DNA of 64,000 bases from Catajapyx aquilonaris (lineage: Eukaryota): contig KZ537983.1 in assembly GCA_000934665.2 (NCBI GenBank), positions 1 to 64,000 on the forward strand, written 5' to 3'. The notes under the pieces were generated by a model. The model saw only the letters and a list, made by a program, of their open reading frames with translations, did no database searches and was not told the DNA's origin. Made by a program: the position numbers and the translations under genes. Positions 23,780-37,000 of this stretch are shown here, piece by piece. Numbering within the stretch: position 1 is the stretch's first letter; every line of letters starts with the position of its first letter.

Positions 23780-26700
23780 ATGGATGATAAGGAAGACATT
23801 CCTCATCCTCAAAACCCTGAAGATGAAGGTGAATCGGAGGAGGAACATTGGTCAGAAGTGTCGCAAGGCGAACTTCAGAAGGAGTTGGCTCGAGCGACGG
23901 GACAAGCCCCAGAGACGGAAGTGGACCTAACGTCAGCAGGGTCGTCAGCAGAGGAGATAGGAGGGTTGCAGGAGCCGACAGAAGGGTTGCAGAAGCCAGA
24001 AGGGTTGAAGGAGCCAGAAGGGTTGCAGGAGCCAGAAGGGTTGCAGGAGCCAGAAGGGTTGCAGGAGCCAGAAGGGTTGCAGGAGCCGGAAGGGTTGAAG
24101 GAGCCGGAAGGGTTGAAGGAGCCGACATCGCAGAAAGGTAGTACACATGCGTCGTATCTGACAATGGAGACAAAAAGCACGCACGGGTCGTTTCGGACAA
24201 TGGATACAAGAAGCATGCCGGAAAGCGTACCAACACAGACATCGATACCAGCAGTGACACCAGGAGTGACAGGTGGTAAAAAAGACAAGAAGGCAGGGGC
24301 AGATAGTGAAGAAGACAAGGAGATAGTGGCAAGTAGTGAAGAAAAGTTGCATGATGTACAGAGGGTGGACAGCTTCGAGCTTATCAGACATACTGAGGAT
24401 ATTAATGAGATGCACCAATCGCTAATTGCTAATCACCTTTTCGACGAATGCATTGTTCATCTCAGACTGCAAGGTGGAGGGATGGTCACCAAAACATGTG
24501 GCATAGGCACAACAGTATGGGAGCTGAGGGATGTTTTGCATCGAACTGTTCTTGTGGAGAATGACACCTTGTTATCGGTGAGTAACACTTTGTACCGGTG
24601 CGATTTATTATTATTAAATGGCTCTCCAAGCATAAAGAAGTGGCTGTGTAATATATTGTTTCAGTTTAAAAAAGGTGGTGACGTCGTGGCAGAGCATCTT
24701 CCCTTAGCAGCACTGACGGAGACGGACGCACTGGTACTGGACGTAGTGAGCTCAAAACCGTCTGATTATCCCATAAGATCGCCATACGATTGCGTCGTAG
24801 TCCAGGCAAATACAGGTACGTAATGTCAATAGCGCATTGTCAATATCCAACAGGTTTGTTTGATATAAGTACGGGATACAACGGTATGTAGGTTAAGATT
24901 TTCACGCACGAGTTGACCTAAACAGGACCACGGGGTCATTAAAAACATGCTCGCGTGACTTCCACATTATTGATCAAACTCATCTCATGGTTTACTACCT
25001 TGGACTTCATTAATTTGGGCCACGAGGAAAGTTCCACCCACTCGCGTGTCCAATACAGCAGAAACGAATCTAGAAAAGTTGTCTATGAATCGACTATTTC
25101 CTGCCGATTTCTTCGCATATACACAATTAACAATAGACGAGTCTATGAATGAGGATAACACCAAATAACACAATATGAATGAGGATGAAACCATTTTCGC
25201 GTTTGGATTTCGATGATGAGTGAAAATATCTACAACAATCAGCAATGACTCGTTTCCTTGGGGAGAAATTCAACAGTTCATTTAATTCCGGGCTTTCCTC
25301 CGCGAACATCGTGGGCCCGTGTCTGGCGTCGCCAAATGGTCGCGTTACGGTGCCGGATGCCCTGAAACACGGCTACTGGCAACCCCTACCCAGAAAACCA
25401 AGAGGCGACGCGACGGGCCTTGTCACTTATCGCACGATACGAGGAAATTTACATCCTCGTAAGAAATAAGATATGGAGAGGAAAAGCGACCCAGTGGATG
25501 GCCAGGATGGTGAGAAGGCGGCCAGTCACCACCAAGAAATTGATACAGTTGAGGGCACCTCTCAGGTAACTGAGCCAGCTGTGATAGGACAACAAGCTAC
25601 TGAGGTAGTCTCCAATGAAGGTGAGGATATCGCTCCTGAAACTGAGAAAGTTGAGGACACCTCACAAGAAACTGAGAAAGTTGAAAACACCTCACAAGAA
25701 ACTGAGAAAGTTGAGGACACATCACAAGAAACTGAGGCAGTTGTGATACGCCAAGCAACTACTGAGGTCATCTCGAGTTACTACAAGAAAGACACTGGGG
25801 ACATACAGAGCGACCAACAAGAAGAGTATGAAGAAACTGACGAGATTCTCACCGTTTTAGAACCACGGAGTCTCGAAGAATCTGGAACTTCAGCTGTGAC
25901 CATCACAGAGGCGACACAGAGCTCCCAACAATCCTCAGAACCACATAAAAGTATTATTATTACCATTATCATCAGTTCATCACTATTACTGTTAGTGAGC
26001 ATTAGAAAATCTACATTATTTAATGTGTGAGGCAAACATATTTCCCAGCGCGTTATAGAATGTTACTGGCGATAAATCAAGCTGCCTTAACCTCCTGAGA
26101 CCCCTGGTACAGTATACTGCACCTTTGTTTTTTCCAGCACCTTCTGACTAACTCAAACGCGTAAAAAAAAAACCAAAGGTGATTGAAAGGTGTACTAGGG
26201 GTCTCAGGAGGTTAATTGAATGAGGTCACAATCATTTTTCTGTAGTTACAAAAATTGTTTGCTTAGTGGTGCCTTCCAACCAAGACAACATTTGTTACAA
26301 GCAATCTTCTTGCACATTGTGAGGACACTGAGGAGGCCTAACAAGCTTTGTTATTCCAGGAAATGTGTATGTCCAAGTGTTGAGGAGCAAATATCCCAAG
26401 CCATATCTTGGTGGATACAGGCACATCCACACTGGTCAAGTGTACCACCATGCATCAGCACAAACAAGCCCATTCCTAAGACAGAGAGGAAAAGGTAATT
26501 CAACCAAGTCCATCTGTAATGTTAGTGATGGTACCAAGGGCTGAAATGTAAAGTTGTGTGATGGCTGTCAACCATATGGCAACAAAATGGTGCTTATTTT
26601 TTTCCAGTATTTCATCGAGATTCGCAGACATACTTTGGAAAAATCACAGCTCAGCAAACAAACCTGGACAATTCAACACAAATGCGCCGCCATGACTATT

Positions 26701-29165
26701 GGGTGTCTTCTGAGAACGACAAAGTGATCCATCCAGGGAAGTACACCGCATCAGCTACTATTGAACATGAGTTCTTCAGAAAGGTAAGCTCACATGTGTC
26801 ACTGATGTCAATGCACTGTAGCTATATCCTGCCAATTGTGGTCAGCTAGTCAGTTAGTCCTTGTATCCCCAGAGAAACATTCTCATACTTGTTATTTTTT
26901 TTTGCAGTTACTTTTGGTGCAAAAGGTGTGCAGGGGTTGGCTGGCTAGACGAGAGCGTGCCAGGAGGTTTGACCTAGTGAGAAAGACCATGGAGTGGTTG
27001 GAGAACGACATCGCCAAGGAAATAAATTATAAGGAGGGCTTCCTGAGGAGACAGTTTGAGCGGAAGGTCAACCCAAAAACTAAACTCGATTTTGAGCTTC
27101 TCTATAGGTACATCAATTTTAGCACTGTGCACTTAAATTACTTGCCATGGAAGCCATGAAAATGATACCATCTTTAGGGCTTCCCATGCAGGCCCTTACT
27201 GTAGCTAAACCCTCAAGTGCAACACTAAACCACTCTAATCTAATTTAACCAGAACGCTACAAGAATGGAAAGATCAGGAATCAGAAATGATAAAGGGTAC
27301 ATATGAAGGCGCTGAGAGACTGGTTGCCCTCCGAATGCTTCTTCTTCGAGAGTCGGAAATCCTCACAGTTATCGACGAATACAGTAAAAGAGCTGATAAT
27401 ACCCGGAAAGAAGAGGAGGTCATCCAGTTCTTTGACAAGGTAACACTGGGAAAAAAGTAATTGTCATTTCACGGCTTCATTGAACTTGACCTTTCCCATT
27501 CCTTCCAAAAGACTTCTGAACCAAAAGCCTGGAACCGGGAGATCGACGGCCAACCAGTGTTCATGGATACTCTGGACACCCAGAGAGCCCGCGAGTTGAA
27601 GCAATTGCATGACCAAATGATGGAGAATAAGAAGTCAGCAGAGGAACGACTAGATGTCTTAGTTGTCCTCAAACGCATAGTATGTCTCTGGGACACCGTA
27701 CATGCATCCAATTATAGCCTCCCACTTGCAGGTGGACCCATTTGATTGTGGAATAGTGGACGATATCATTGAACTGATAGATCGTGAGGCAGACCTGCTA
27801 GCACGAGGTATCCACCAGAAATATCTGTCTGGACTGAGACAAAGGTTAATCACACTCTTCAGGGAGCTCTGCAGGGATCCAGTCTTTAATCCCGAGTCAC
27901 TCCAGTTCTTGAAGGTGACCATCTTCCTGAATGCACATTTACACTGCCCATGAGACAAACCATTGATCTTATCAATGGATATCTTAGTAACACCTACTTC
28001 GTACCCCTGTCATTCAAGCATGGCAGGTGGCCATTCAGAGGACAGGCGAACCTGCAGTACATTAGATATCCACTGATATGGACCTAAGTTGACTTTCAAA
28101 TGCACAGTGCAGTAACAGAGTGCTCATATATAAATTTGTCCTATCTGTGTCCTCAGTATCCTCTGGACAGGCAGCCACTTAGGAAAAATCTCTATGTGTG
28201 CAAGAGTTGCAAGAAGTGCCTTCCCAGCAAGTGCTTCCAACTGGGAGCATCTAAGAGGTCTATAGCCAAGTGCAAGGAGTGTGAACGCCTAGAAAATGAG
28301 TCACGCACGAGGAAGGAGTATGGCTGGTACCGTAAAGTACTCTTCAAGCTACGAAAGGAGGAGGAGGCTCGGGGAGCTAACACATCGATTGTATACATCA
28401 TGCGGGTGAGAATTATTCAACCCATAGTAGAAATGCATTTTTTTAAAAAGTTATCTGACCTTTGCTGGTATTTGTTTGTGGCAGGCTTCTGACTTGAAGT
28501 TCCTAGTAGAGACTATCTGGGTTGGGCAATCAGCGCTGTCTGGCATGGACAACCTCTATGACCTGTGGTTGGCTCGTTGGCAAAATGATCTTGAATGGTC
28601 CCCGTGGAATTGTGTGCTGCTGACGCAAGATGAGATGAAGGCTCACTACAAGCTTAAGAACCTGACTGAGGTAAGCTAAGCTTCTGGCGAAGCAGGCAAT
28701 CAATGTCCATATGCAAATAGGAGGAGGGTTTAACTAAAGGAAAACTAGTGCTTGTGCAAACTATAGTTTCTACTAACCATCTACAATACAACCCAATGTC
28801 CCTTACCCAAAATCCTTCATCAGGCCTATGGACCAACCTTCATCCAAAAGGTGGAGTATAAGCATTCGGTGGCCCGATCCTATTATGGTCATGTTCCCCG
28901 TCTGGCAAGCCATATTACGAGCATGCCCATCAGTCCAATGCCAGGTGACAGGAGGAGGAAAGCAGCCCTACCCAAGAATCCCACATTTGATAAGGGCCCT
29001 GACACTGCATGCTTACATCCCCCTTGGTATTTATGCGATTCCCAATGCTCAGTCAAGTGGCAGACGTACAGAAGAACAAGGACTCCCAAGTGCCTTGTTG
29101 AAATTGATGAACACATTGATGGGTGTCACCTGCGACATGACTGTGACCTATATGCCCAGGACTGA
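23780..29165 (+). CDS. IQUB: IQ and ubiquitin-like domain-containing protein (radial spoke 1 base)
   Basis: Acidic N-terminus, then a ubiquitin-like segment (IVHLRLQGGGMVTK...). Spliced exons give KPYLGGYRHIHTGQVYHHASAQT (26360-), VFHRDSQT...STQM...PGKY, an IQ-like VQKVCRGWLARR, NPKTKLDFELLY, ELIDREADLLARG..LSGLRQR, CKSC...C..C and EWSPWNCVLLTQDE. Confidence 0.9.
23961..24125 (+). repeat. 18-bp coding minisatellite (about 9 copies) encoding EPEGL(Q/K)
   Basis: Tandem GAAGGGTTGCAGGAGCCA units in IQUB exon 1. Confidence 0.95.
25473..25950 (+). CDS. Putative alternative first coding exon of IQUB (acidic, repeat-containing) inside intron 2
   Basis: ATG-initiated E/T/S/D-rich ORF after a CpG-rich patch (~25290-25445). 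A phase-1 GT at 25951 matches the phase-1 acceptor at 26359/26360, and sequence turns AT-rich right after it. Confidence 0.5.
25638..25736 (+). repeat. 30-bp coding tandem repeat (3.3 copies) encoding ETEKVE(D/N)TSQ
   Basis: GAAACTGAGAAAGTTGAGGACACCTCACAA units. Confidence 0.95.
26091..26211. mobile_element. piggyBac-type MITE
   Basis: TTAA|CCTCCTGAGACCCCTGGTACA ... TGTACTAGGGGTCTCAGGAGG|TTAA: TTAA duplication, CC...GG termini, 21-bp TIR with 1 mismatch. Confidence 0.85.
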
Positions 29166-31219
29166 AGAAATCTGCTGTGCAAGACGATGAAATTGGCCTG
29201 GTCTTTCTTTACAGGGTTGACAAAGCTGTAAAATGTCTGGAAAACACAGGTGCTGATGGTACAATATAAATATTAAAATACATGGAGTGTTGTCTATTAC
29301 ATAATAGTCAAAATACACACGGTGTTGCAAGTATCAGGGCCATTTTTAGTTACCACTAATAACACCCAAAGTAGTTATTTTTGTGTAGCTTGTAGTGCAC
29401 TGATCCAGGTGCCCAATTATTTCTAGGTGGTTGAATATAGCAGTTTCTACATGCTACACAAATATACAGTTTCTAGCAAAATGCGATAACTAAAAGGACC
29501 CGCATACTTAGAACACCCTGTATTCACATATATCACTACTAATTCATGACTCAAGTCTCCAGTTTCATTTCCATGTTTGGGCTTCCAAGTTCTGAGTTTC
29601 AGACATTTGAAGCACAACCCAGATGAATGGCATTCAGCTTGGCTCCACATGGGCGATGACATCAACAGAGAGCCATGAATCAGTGCTGTCTGGCACGGAC
29701 AATTTCGGCCAGTAGTCGGATTGTTAGTATGAGCTTCCATTTCCTAGAGACATAAGCAGATAACCAGGATTTGGAAACCTAAATTCCCAGTTCTGAATTC
29801 CTTGGCCAAGTTTCAATTTCAGGAAATTTCAGTTGCAAAGCATTTTTTATGTGCAGGAATATTACAAAAAAAACAAAAAAACCTGCCAATAAATATTATC
29901 AATTGCTATATTTTGATTTATGTATCTCATAAATAAGAGTCCAACATCAGGATGTATAAGCAGATTCCAAGGTAAAAGCAAGTCAAGTGTTTGACAACAA
30001 ACTTTAATTTGAAAATCTGAATCATAAAATTCATCACTGTCATTACAGGAGCTTAAGTACAAAACCAAATGCCATGATCAGTTTGATTACAAAACATCAT
30101 TACTTACAAGGCTACCTGACAGTCATCATCAGTCATGCATGTCTGCATGTCCAAGAACAATGTCACTGACTCCTGTGTATACATGGTGACAATAATTCAC
30201 TTGTTCCAAATATAGCAGTGTAACACACGTCAACCTCAACTTTCTGAATAAAACGGAATGACAATAATCCATCTTCTAGTAACATGACAGCAGCGTAATA
30301 TATTTTCCCAACGATAACTTAAAATGATACGTAACGTGGAATGTGGTTTGTAGCTCAGCAGTTCAGCACAATTAGTAAAAATGTCACTAAGTGGGTGGCA
30401 TTAATAGTAACAGTCCAAAACTCTCAGTAGACTTGCAGGTGTGTCCCTATGCCACATCGAAATAGCCCACTAGCAACACACCATAAATAATTCTGCCACC
30501 TTGGAAAACACCAGCATTTTCTACACGCAGGCCAATAGTATGGTTGCTGTCACTGGCAGACACTTTCCTAAATATCTCCGCCACTTACATGGGAATCCAT
30601 GTTTCACTACATTACTTGACCCTGACTTGACAGTGTTCCAAATGCCAACAGTTTGTAGTAGAAAATGCACCCATTTTTATATGACAGATTACCTTGTGGT
30701 GCAGTTCCTTTAAGTGTTTTACTATGCTTTGTGAATGTGACTTTGAACAGAACCTGTGTGTGTGTGTGAATGTTCAGTGCACTAATCCAACTGCTGAAGT
30801 CAAATGCTACTTTCATTGGGGCTTGGTAAGGCAAGAAAGAAAGAAAAAACTGTCACTCTCTTTGGCTCTAAGATTCAGCATCCGATTTTCATGTCTGAAG
30901 TACCGTACATGCATTATTAATACGCTATCACACCCTGCAATTTTTTGGTCTTGTCAATATCTTCACAAATGGAGATATGCAATTTCTTGCTAATGATAAT
31001 AATGGAATGTGGAATAGTGGACCACAAAGGCTGGGAATCGGAATCAATGCAAAACATAAACATTGGCATATGTTCACAGATTACATCAATACTTCTGGAG
31101 ATGGAGAGTGTAAAGCCAGTGTAAATTTAGTACAGAACCTGTTTGTAGCACAAATAGGATTCAGCAGAAGCTTATTCTTACATAATGTTTGCTTGGTCCC
31201 AGTGGAGCATTTCCATATA

Positions 31220-31390
31220 CAGTAGACTCCAGATATAACAGCTTTGGGTATAACAGTCTCTCGGGTACAGCCGACTCGAAAGGCTGGTACTGCCATAACT
31301 CCATATATGGCCTGTGTATTTGGCTATAACAGACCTCGGTTGTAGCAGACTGATTTCCATGGTCCCTTGCAGTCCGTTATACCTGGATTC
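31220..31390. mobile_element. pogo/Tigger-type MITE, right end eroded
   Basis: TA|CAGTAGACTCCAGATATAAC ... GTTATACCTGGATTC, with internal TATAAC repeats. Confidence 0.55.
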
Positions 31391-33160
31391 TGAGGAATGA
31401 TTCAAGTAACTTTTTTCCCCCCAGAACGTGGTTGCACCAAAGCCAGGTTTCATATCATGTGACAAAATATGCCACCATAACAATTCCCTGCGCTGGTCCA
31501 AAATACTGCCCACTGTTCTGATCACAGACACCATGAAGAGTTGATATTGGTAATCCAAAATAATCTTCAAACTGGCCAAAATATAATCAGATTTTTTTTT
31601 TCAATAAATGATTCCTATTTCAAATAAAATTAATATTCCTCTTGCATTTAGCTAAAATATATATTCATTTCTACTTTTAAAAATTATTCTATCATGTACT
31701 TTTTGTGCCATGTAAGTGGCTTTTAACCCAATCTTTGGTGTGAATTCTTGCCTTACCAACTGTTTTACAGTCCCAAGGGTCACTGGGGTGGGGGAAAGGA
31801 AATACTCTCTTTCCAAAGATTCTGGCAGAGACAAAAAAGTGTGATACTTAGCTTCTATTTGGTTCTGGTGGCAAACTGGAATTATAGTGGCATGAATTCA
31901 TAAGTGGAATAATCGGGCAATGGTGCAACCCACCTTTCTTGTGTGCTAATTCTTCCCACTCTAGAAGCCAGAATCATTTGGGAAGAAAGATGTTCTAAAT
32001 AAAAACATAACTGTACAGCCCTGATCGCAAGCGAAACAAATCTGTAAATTTGCTGCGTGCAACAATATTGCCCATGTGGCCAACAGCCACCGCCAACAAG
32101 CAACTGTTTGCAACATATATCTAAGAAATAGGATGGCCTTTTCTGCTGCAACATTGAAATCACTTCCCTCTTCACTCCCAAACTCCAAGTTTTGCTGATG
32201 AGGAGGGTGGCTTGCATAGCATGATATTCTGTCTTAGTCACACACAGCACATTTCTTTGACTTCACATGAGACATGTTGCATGGAACTTTGTTTCGTGTG
32301 TGACCAGGGTGTAAGAAAATAAAAAAGCAGTAAAGGCATATCACAATAAATGTCAACACTGATCACAACTGATCATCCTAAGTGTTTCTGATAATAAAGA
32401 GAAAGCTCAGCAAACTCATCCTCAGATAAAGCATAGTTGTTGAGCAAATTATCTGTGTATACATACTCACTAAACGCCACCATTTCTCTTGATTTTTCAA
32501 CATATTGCTAAGACACAGCCATTGAAATGTTACACAGGTCACCCTAAATTAAATCATTTGTACAACCATAATAAGACCAACGTTCAAAACTCACTCTTCA
32601 GTCACTTGTGTAGTAGGGTGAGCATTATGTCTTAAGCTCAGTGTTGGATAATGTCCAACTAGGGTTGGGTTGTCTCACTGACAATAATTTTAAGCGAGGC
32701 TGTTACCAATAACATTTGAAATCTAAGTGAAATTTAGTTTGAGATCCACAACAGAGAAATCTTGATTTGACAATTAACTTTCTCAGAGTTCAAATAGCTG
32801 CAGAAAGCATTAGGAGCATTTTAAAATCTTGATGTAGTAAATGGAAAAGAAGATGGGAAATCTTTTCAGGTATCAAATATTCCACTAAAATTAATATTAA
32901 TGGAGTTAAAATTATGCGAATAATTGGTTTCCCATTGCATTGCACCATTTTAAGGGTTGCCATACTCGTACTGTGAATTATCATTTATTTTTAAGAAGCA
33001 TTACTTTTCATAAACATTACGCAACTTTAAAAAATTGGGCAGTTTCTGACAATGCAAGATATCTGATAAATATCGTGGGCACACAATAGAAAACCACTTA
33101 GACCAATTTTGTCAGTTTTGAGTTATTTACATCACTAACAGTAAGTAGCGTTTTTCAAAG

Positions 33161-33505
33161 GGAGGCGGAGTGGTGCTGCGGTAACGCACGTGGCCACGGA
33201 TGTTAAGGTCCCGGGTTCGATCCCAGCCCGAGGTTCCCCCCCTCATCTCATGCAGAGTTGGGCTATCTCTGGCTTCCTCTCGGGTGGAAATTTCCGCCAG
33301 ACTAATCCACCTGGGGGAGTTCACAAAATGACCAAGCAACTACATTGCACTTGCACTTTGCACATCCCCTCCTACCTACCCTAATTGTGGACCAACTAAA
33401 TAATTGTGAATTATACACATGGTTCCAAACATGGTGACATGGTGGTATTTCCACCCCCCTAGGAGGACCTTTCGGCCTTAGCACCGGTATTTTTTTTTTT
33501 TTTGG
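33161..33505 (+). mobile_element. tRNA-derived SINE (head resembles tRNA-Arg(ACG))
   Basis: Pol III A box TGGTGCTGCGGTAA and B box GGTTCGATCCC. TAACGC..TGGCCACGGAT..AAGGTCCCGGGTTCGA aligns to tRNA-Arg(ACG), but the stems do not close. A ~270-bp body ends in poly(T) next to an N. Confidence 0.7.
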
Positions 33506-33511
33506 GGNAAG

Positions 33512-33514
<3 letters not shown>

Positions 33515-33547
<33 letters not shown>
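33515..33547. repeat. (AG)n microsatellite
   Basis: Direct reading; adjacent to an ambiguous base. Confidence 0.95.
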
Positions 33548-33551
<4 letters not shown>

Positions 33552-33595
33552 AAAAAAATAACGGGAGCAAATCAAGTTGCAATTTTCCAGTTATA

Positions 33596-33661
33596 TTGCT
33601 GGTCAAGTCCAATTTGTCCGAAGTTTTGAAACTGTAGGACAAATTGGACTTGAGCCAGCAA
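33596..33661. repeat. Short fold-back palindrome (possible MITE remnant)
   Basis: TTGCTGG-TCAAGTCCAATTTGTCC ... GGACAAATTGGACTTGA-GCCAGCAA. Confidence 0.7.
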
Positions 33662-34057
33662 GCCAGGATTTTTTGTCTTCACTAGCATGCAAGCAAGTAT
33701 AAGGTCAAATCTTTAACTTTGAATATCTCCAAACTTTTTTTTTTTACTTAACGATTTTCTCTTGAATGCCCATGATATACTTTCTCCAATGCTCCTAACC
33801 TTTCTGTTGCCATATGAATATGCAAAACCATTATTTTCATATCCAGATTTCTCAGGTGGAAATCTAATGAGAAAACACTGCCAGTGAGTTTCACGTTTTT
33901 TCCCATCATATGAAAAAGAACACCCTCACTATAAATTAATGTCACTGGAGCTGACAACAATCCTGGAAGGTATCTTTTTCATTATTAGCTGTGACTCAGG
34001 ATATGCTTGGAGTTTTGACAGTTTTTTAAGATCAACTGGCCTTTCCCTCACTTGCAT

Positions 34058-37000
34058 TTAATCACCCATCAAGTTCAATGTGTAAATTGACTTTTTGTCA
34101 GGCACTTCACCTGCCTTTTTCTTCTCACTATTCTCATCAATCTCAATAGTTGCTTCAAGACTGTTCCCGCCACTCTCTTCTTCCGCCAGTGGTGCTTGGT
34201 CTCCAAACAAATTTATGTCATGTATCTTACGAGCGAATGACCTATCAGCATTTTCGTCCTGCACCTCTCTTTCCTGACTGCACTCACCCAATGACACAGC
34301 ATCCTTTTGAGCAGCATCCGACTCACCACCCTCATCACTTTCAGAAGTTTTATTTGTATCCACCTGTCCCGGACCTTCATCCTCGTCACTCCACATTGAT
34401 CCTGTAATGGATGCAATTTCCTCTTCTGACTTCATTCTCCTCAATATGTCCCTAAGGCGCGTCCATGACACCTCTAACTGACGTCCGTGTTCGTATGCCA
34501 TCAAACTGCTCCCAGGCATGTTCTGCAGGTTCAGGTTAAACACACTGAGTCTTCCAACCTAGGGAAACAATATTTTAATTACTTCATAAGGGTAAGAACA
34601 GTAAGAAAGGTGGCAAGCTAACCTTGTGAATCCTGGATAGCATACTGTTGAACTGCTGCGGAAGCTTAAACCGTGGCTTGTACTTCACATCCTTGGGTAA
34701 ATCTTGAGCAGTACAATACGGGAATATGACACACATAATGTCAAAGTTCTTGCTACTGCGATTTGCTATTGAGTCACGGAGCATAGTTAGAGCAATTTTG
34801 TGCAGTTTCCTGTACACTGCATCATGGACTTCTGGCAGCCGAGGTGATGCAACAACTATCACTGCATCAACCACATCCATAGCATGAATAAACCAGCTAT
34901 GAGGATCCTATTTTCATGGCAAAAGAACAATATTGAAATATTAAATTTCCAGTGTTGATATATTATTAAATTGCATACTTTGCCAGTCTTCGGAAGATCA
35001 TCATCCGCCAGAAACACATCAACCAAGCAGTTGGCCACCAAATGCTCCTTCAATTTCCTCACACACTCTAAGTGCTTGTCATGGGACACTCTGTACACAA
35101 GGAGTACTTTCTTCCTCCCTTTACTCGCCAGGTGTGAATTTGCTGAAGTGCAGAAGTATTCTTTAAACATTCACAGTGAAGAGCTTCTTAAGTGCCACAA
35201 ATGTCCAATGAAAACATCTCGCAATAGGGCAGGAATAATGCGTAACAATGCAAGAATTGAGTGCTATGTAGGATGTGCCCATGCATTACATAGAGAAGTC
35301 AGTATCTCTTGAATAATGGGCAAGTCCTTAATCTATTCCAAAACCATAATCTTACAATGTATAATTTTATGCAAAGTGGAGTAGCTGTCACAGGCTGTAT
35401 ACCATACTCTTTTAAGGGTTCATTATAACTGTTTAAACCTAAAAGTCCTCCCTTTGAGTTAATTTTTGGGTGTGGATTGTTGACGATGGTTGCTGCATGC
35501 AGCCCGTAATGAAATTTTGACATCTATGTTTACTCCCTCTTTTGTGGGTCAAATCATGCTCTTTGGGTAGAAGAGATCAGGCCACCAATGGCTGAGGGCA
35601 AAGAGCGTTAAGGAATTTTCTGCATTTTTGAAGGGCATCGACCCTTTTCAAGCCTGTCCCCAGAAAAAGCCTCAAAATTAGAATTTGAATGCCACACCTG
35701 TCAGTCTCTTAATATTCTATAAACTCTCACTATTGCACATTGAAACGAAAAATAATTCCAGAGTGTATGATAGGGCAGGTTCCTATTAATGTATCCTGCC
35801 AATATGAATGATGCATTTTGGTCAAAACTCCAGATTTTGCAGATATCTCAATCAGACATTTCAAACTTCATCGTAAGTGCCATTCAGGGAGAAAAAAAAT
35901 TAGTCACCAAATTTCCGGTGCCCTGCATACCAGAAAGAGAAACTGAGGTCACTCCAAACAGAAACAAGTGGGAAGTAAAGGGCTTTCACAATAGCCTTGC
36001 TATCAACCAACCCACTTCCCTGTTCATTTATCCTCTTATTGTTATCTGGGAGTACTGTGACATTTCCAAGTTCTAGAAGTGTTATTATATTCCCTCCATA
36101 TCAGCTGAAAATTCCAGCAGGAAAAATCACTGAGAGCCAATTCAACCTCACTCCATTGTGATATCAAAAAACAACACCACCACCACCACCATCAGGGCAT
36201 TTCCCTATAAGGGGCAGTCAGTTGTTGCTGTGATATCAACCAGAAAAATTAATTAGGTATCGATTCATTTTACATGGTTCATGCCAATAGCTCATGTTTA
36301 TTTACTAGGGGTCAGTGTGTTCTGAGTGATGCTCCCTGATGGGCTTTGTCTCAATTAAAGTGTGGGTTGCAGACTGGTCACAGCTATATTTCCTGCGAAA
36401 ATTTTAAGCTGTGCAGACCATGTTCTCATTGGTTTTAATTGAAGACACATAGGACTCACCTCTTTTGCCAATACACATTCCCACAACCCCTCCCATGATG
36501 ATAGCACTGACCACAATCAGGGCAACAGTAATGGCCATGTAGCTCGATTCACTGCTGTCATGCAGTGTCAGAAGGGCAGCATATGAGCGACACTTTCCAA
36601 CCTTGCATTCCTCTGAGATCATCTCCACATAACCCTGGAAGATTCCTTTCAGTGCAGATGGGTGTGGCTTCTTTGGGTAGAGAAGATCAGGCTCTTGGTC
36701 TTGCTCGGTTACATTCTGCATGTGCAATATCTCGCCTGTGGTGTTATCCTTGAGGAATACCCAGTACTCCTTGATTCCAAATTTTTTGGGGGCCTTTTGA
36801 AATGTCAGCTTGATCTGATCAGCACGTGACACATCCCAGTACATAAACACAGTCCAGGTGCTTGCATTTCCAATCCTACGTTCATCTGCAATAAAATTTA
36901 GGTGATCAGCATATTAATTACCGTACTGAAATTTCACCTAGGTAACATTCTTACCTATATTATACGGATCAGGCATTGTGAATAAGTATTCCTTCCTGAC

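Noticed and set aside
23778..24418. Several overlapping antisense and alternate-frame ORFs over IQUB exon 1
   Set aside because: By-products of the stop-free 18-bp minisatellite.
25951..26030. Apparent C-terminal TM helix (IIITIIISSSLLLLVSI) of ORF 25473-26030
   Set aside because: Encoded by low-complexity ATT/ATC-rich DNA right after a GT donor; more likely intron read-through.
29200..33100. Short ORFs between IQUB and the IL-17R-like gene
   Set aside because: AT-rich, with no consistent exon chain or recognisable domain; likely UTR or intergenic.
33161..33235. Functional tRNA gene
   Set aside because: Acceptor and anticodon stems do not pair; treated as a SINE head.
35561..35582. 22-nt near-copy (2 mismatches) of IL-17R exon sequence 36671-36692 in the neighbouring intron
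   Set aside because: The flanks do not align and there are no splice signals; cannot be distinguished from chance.
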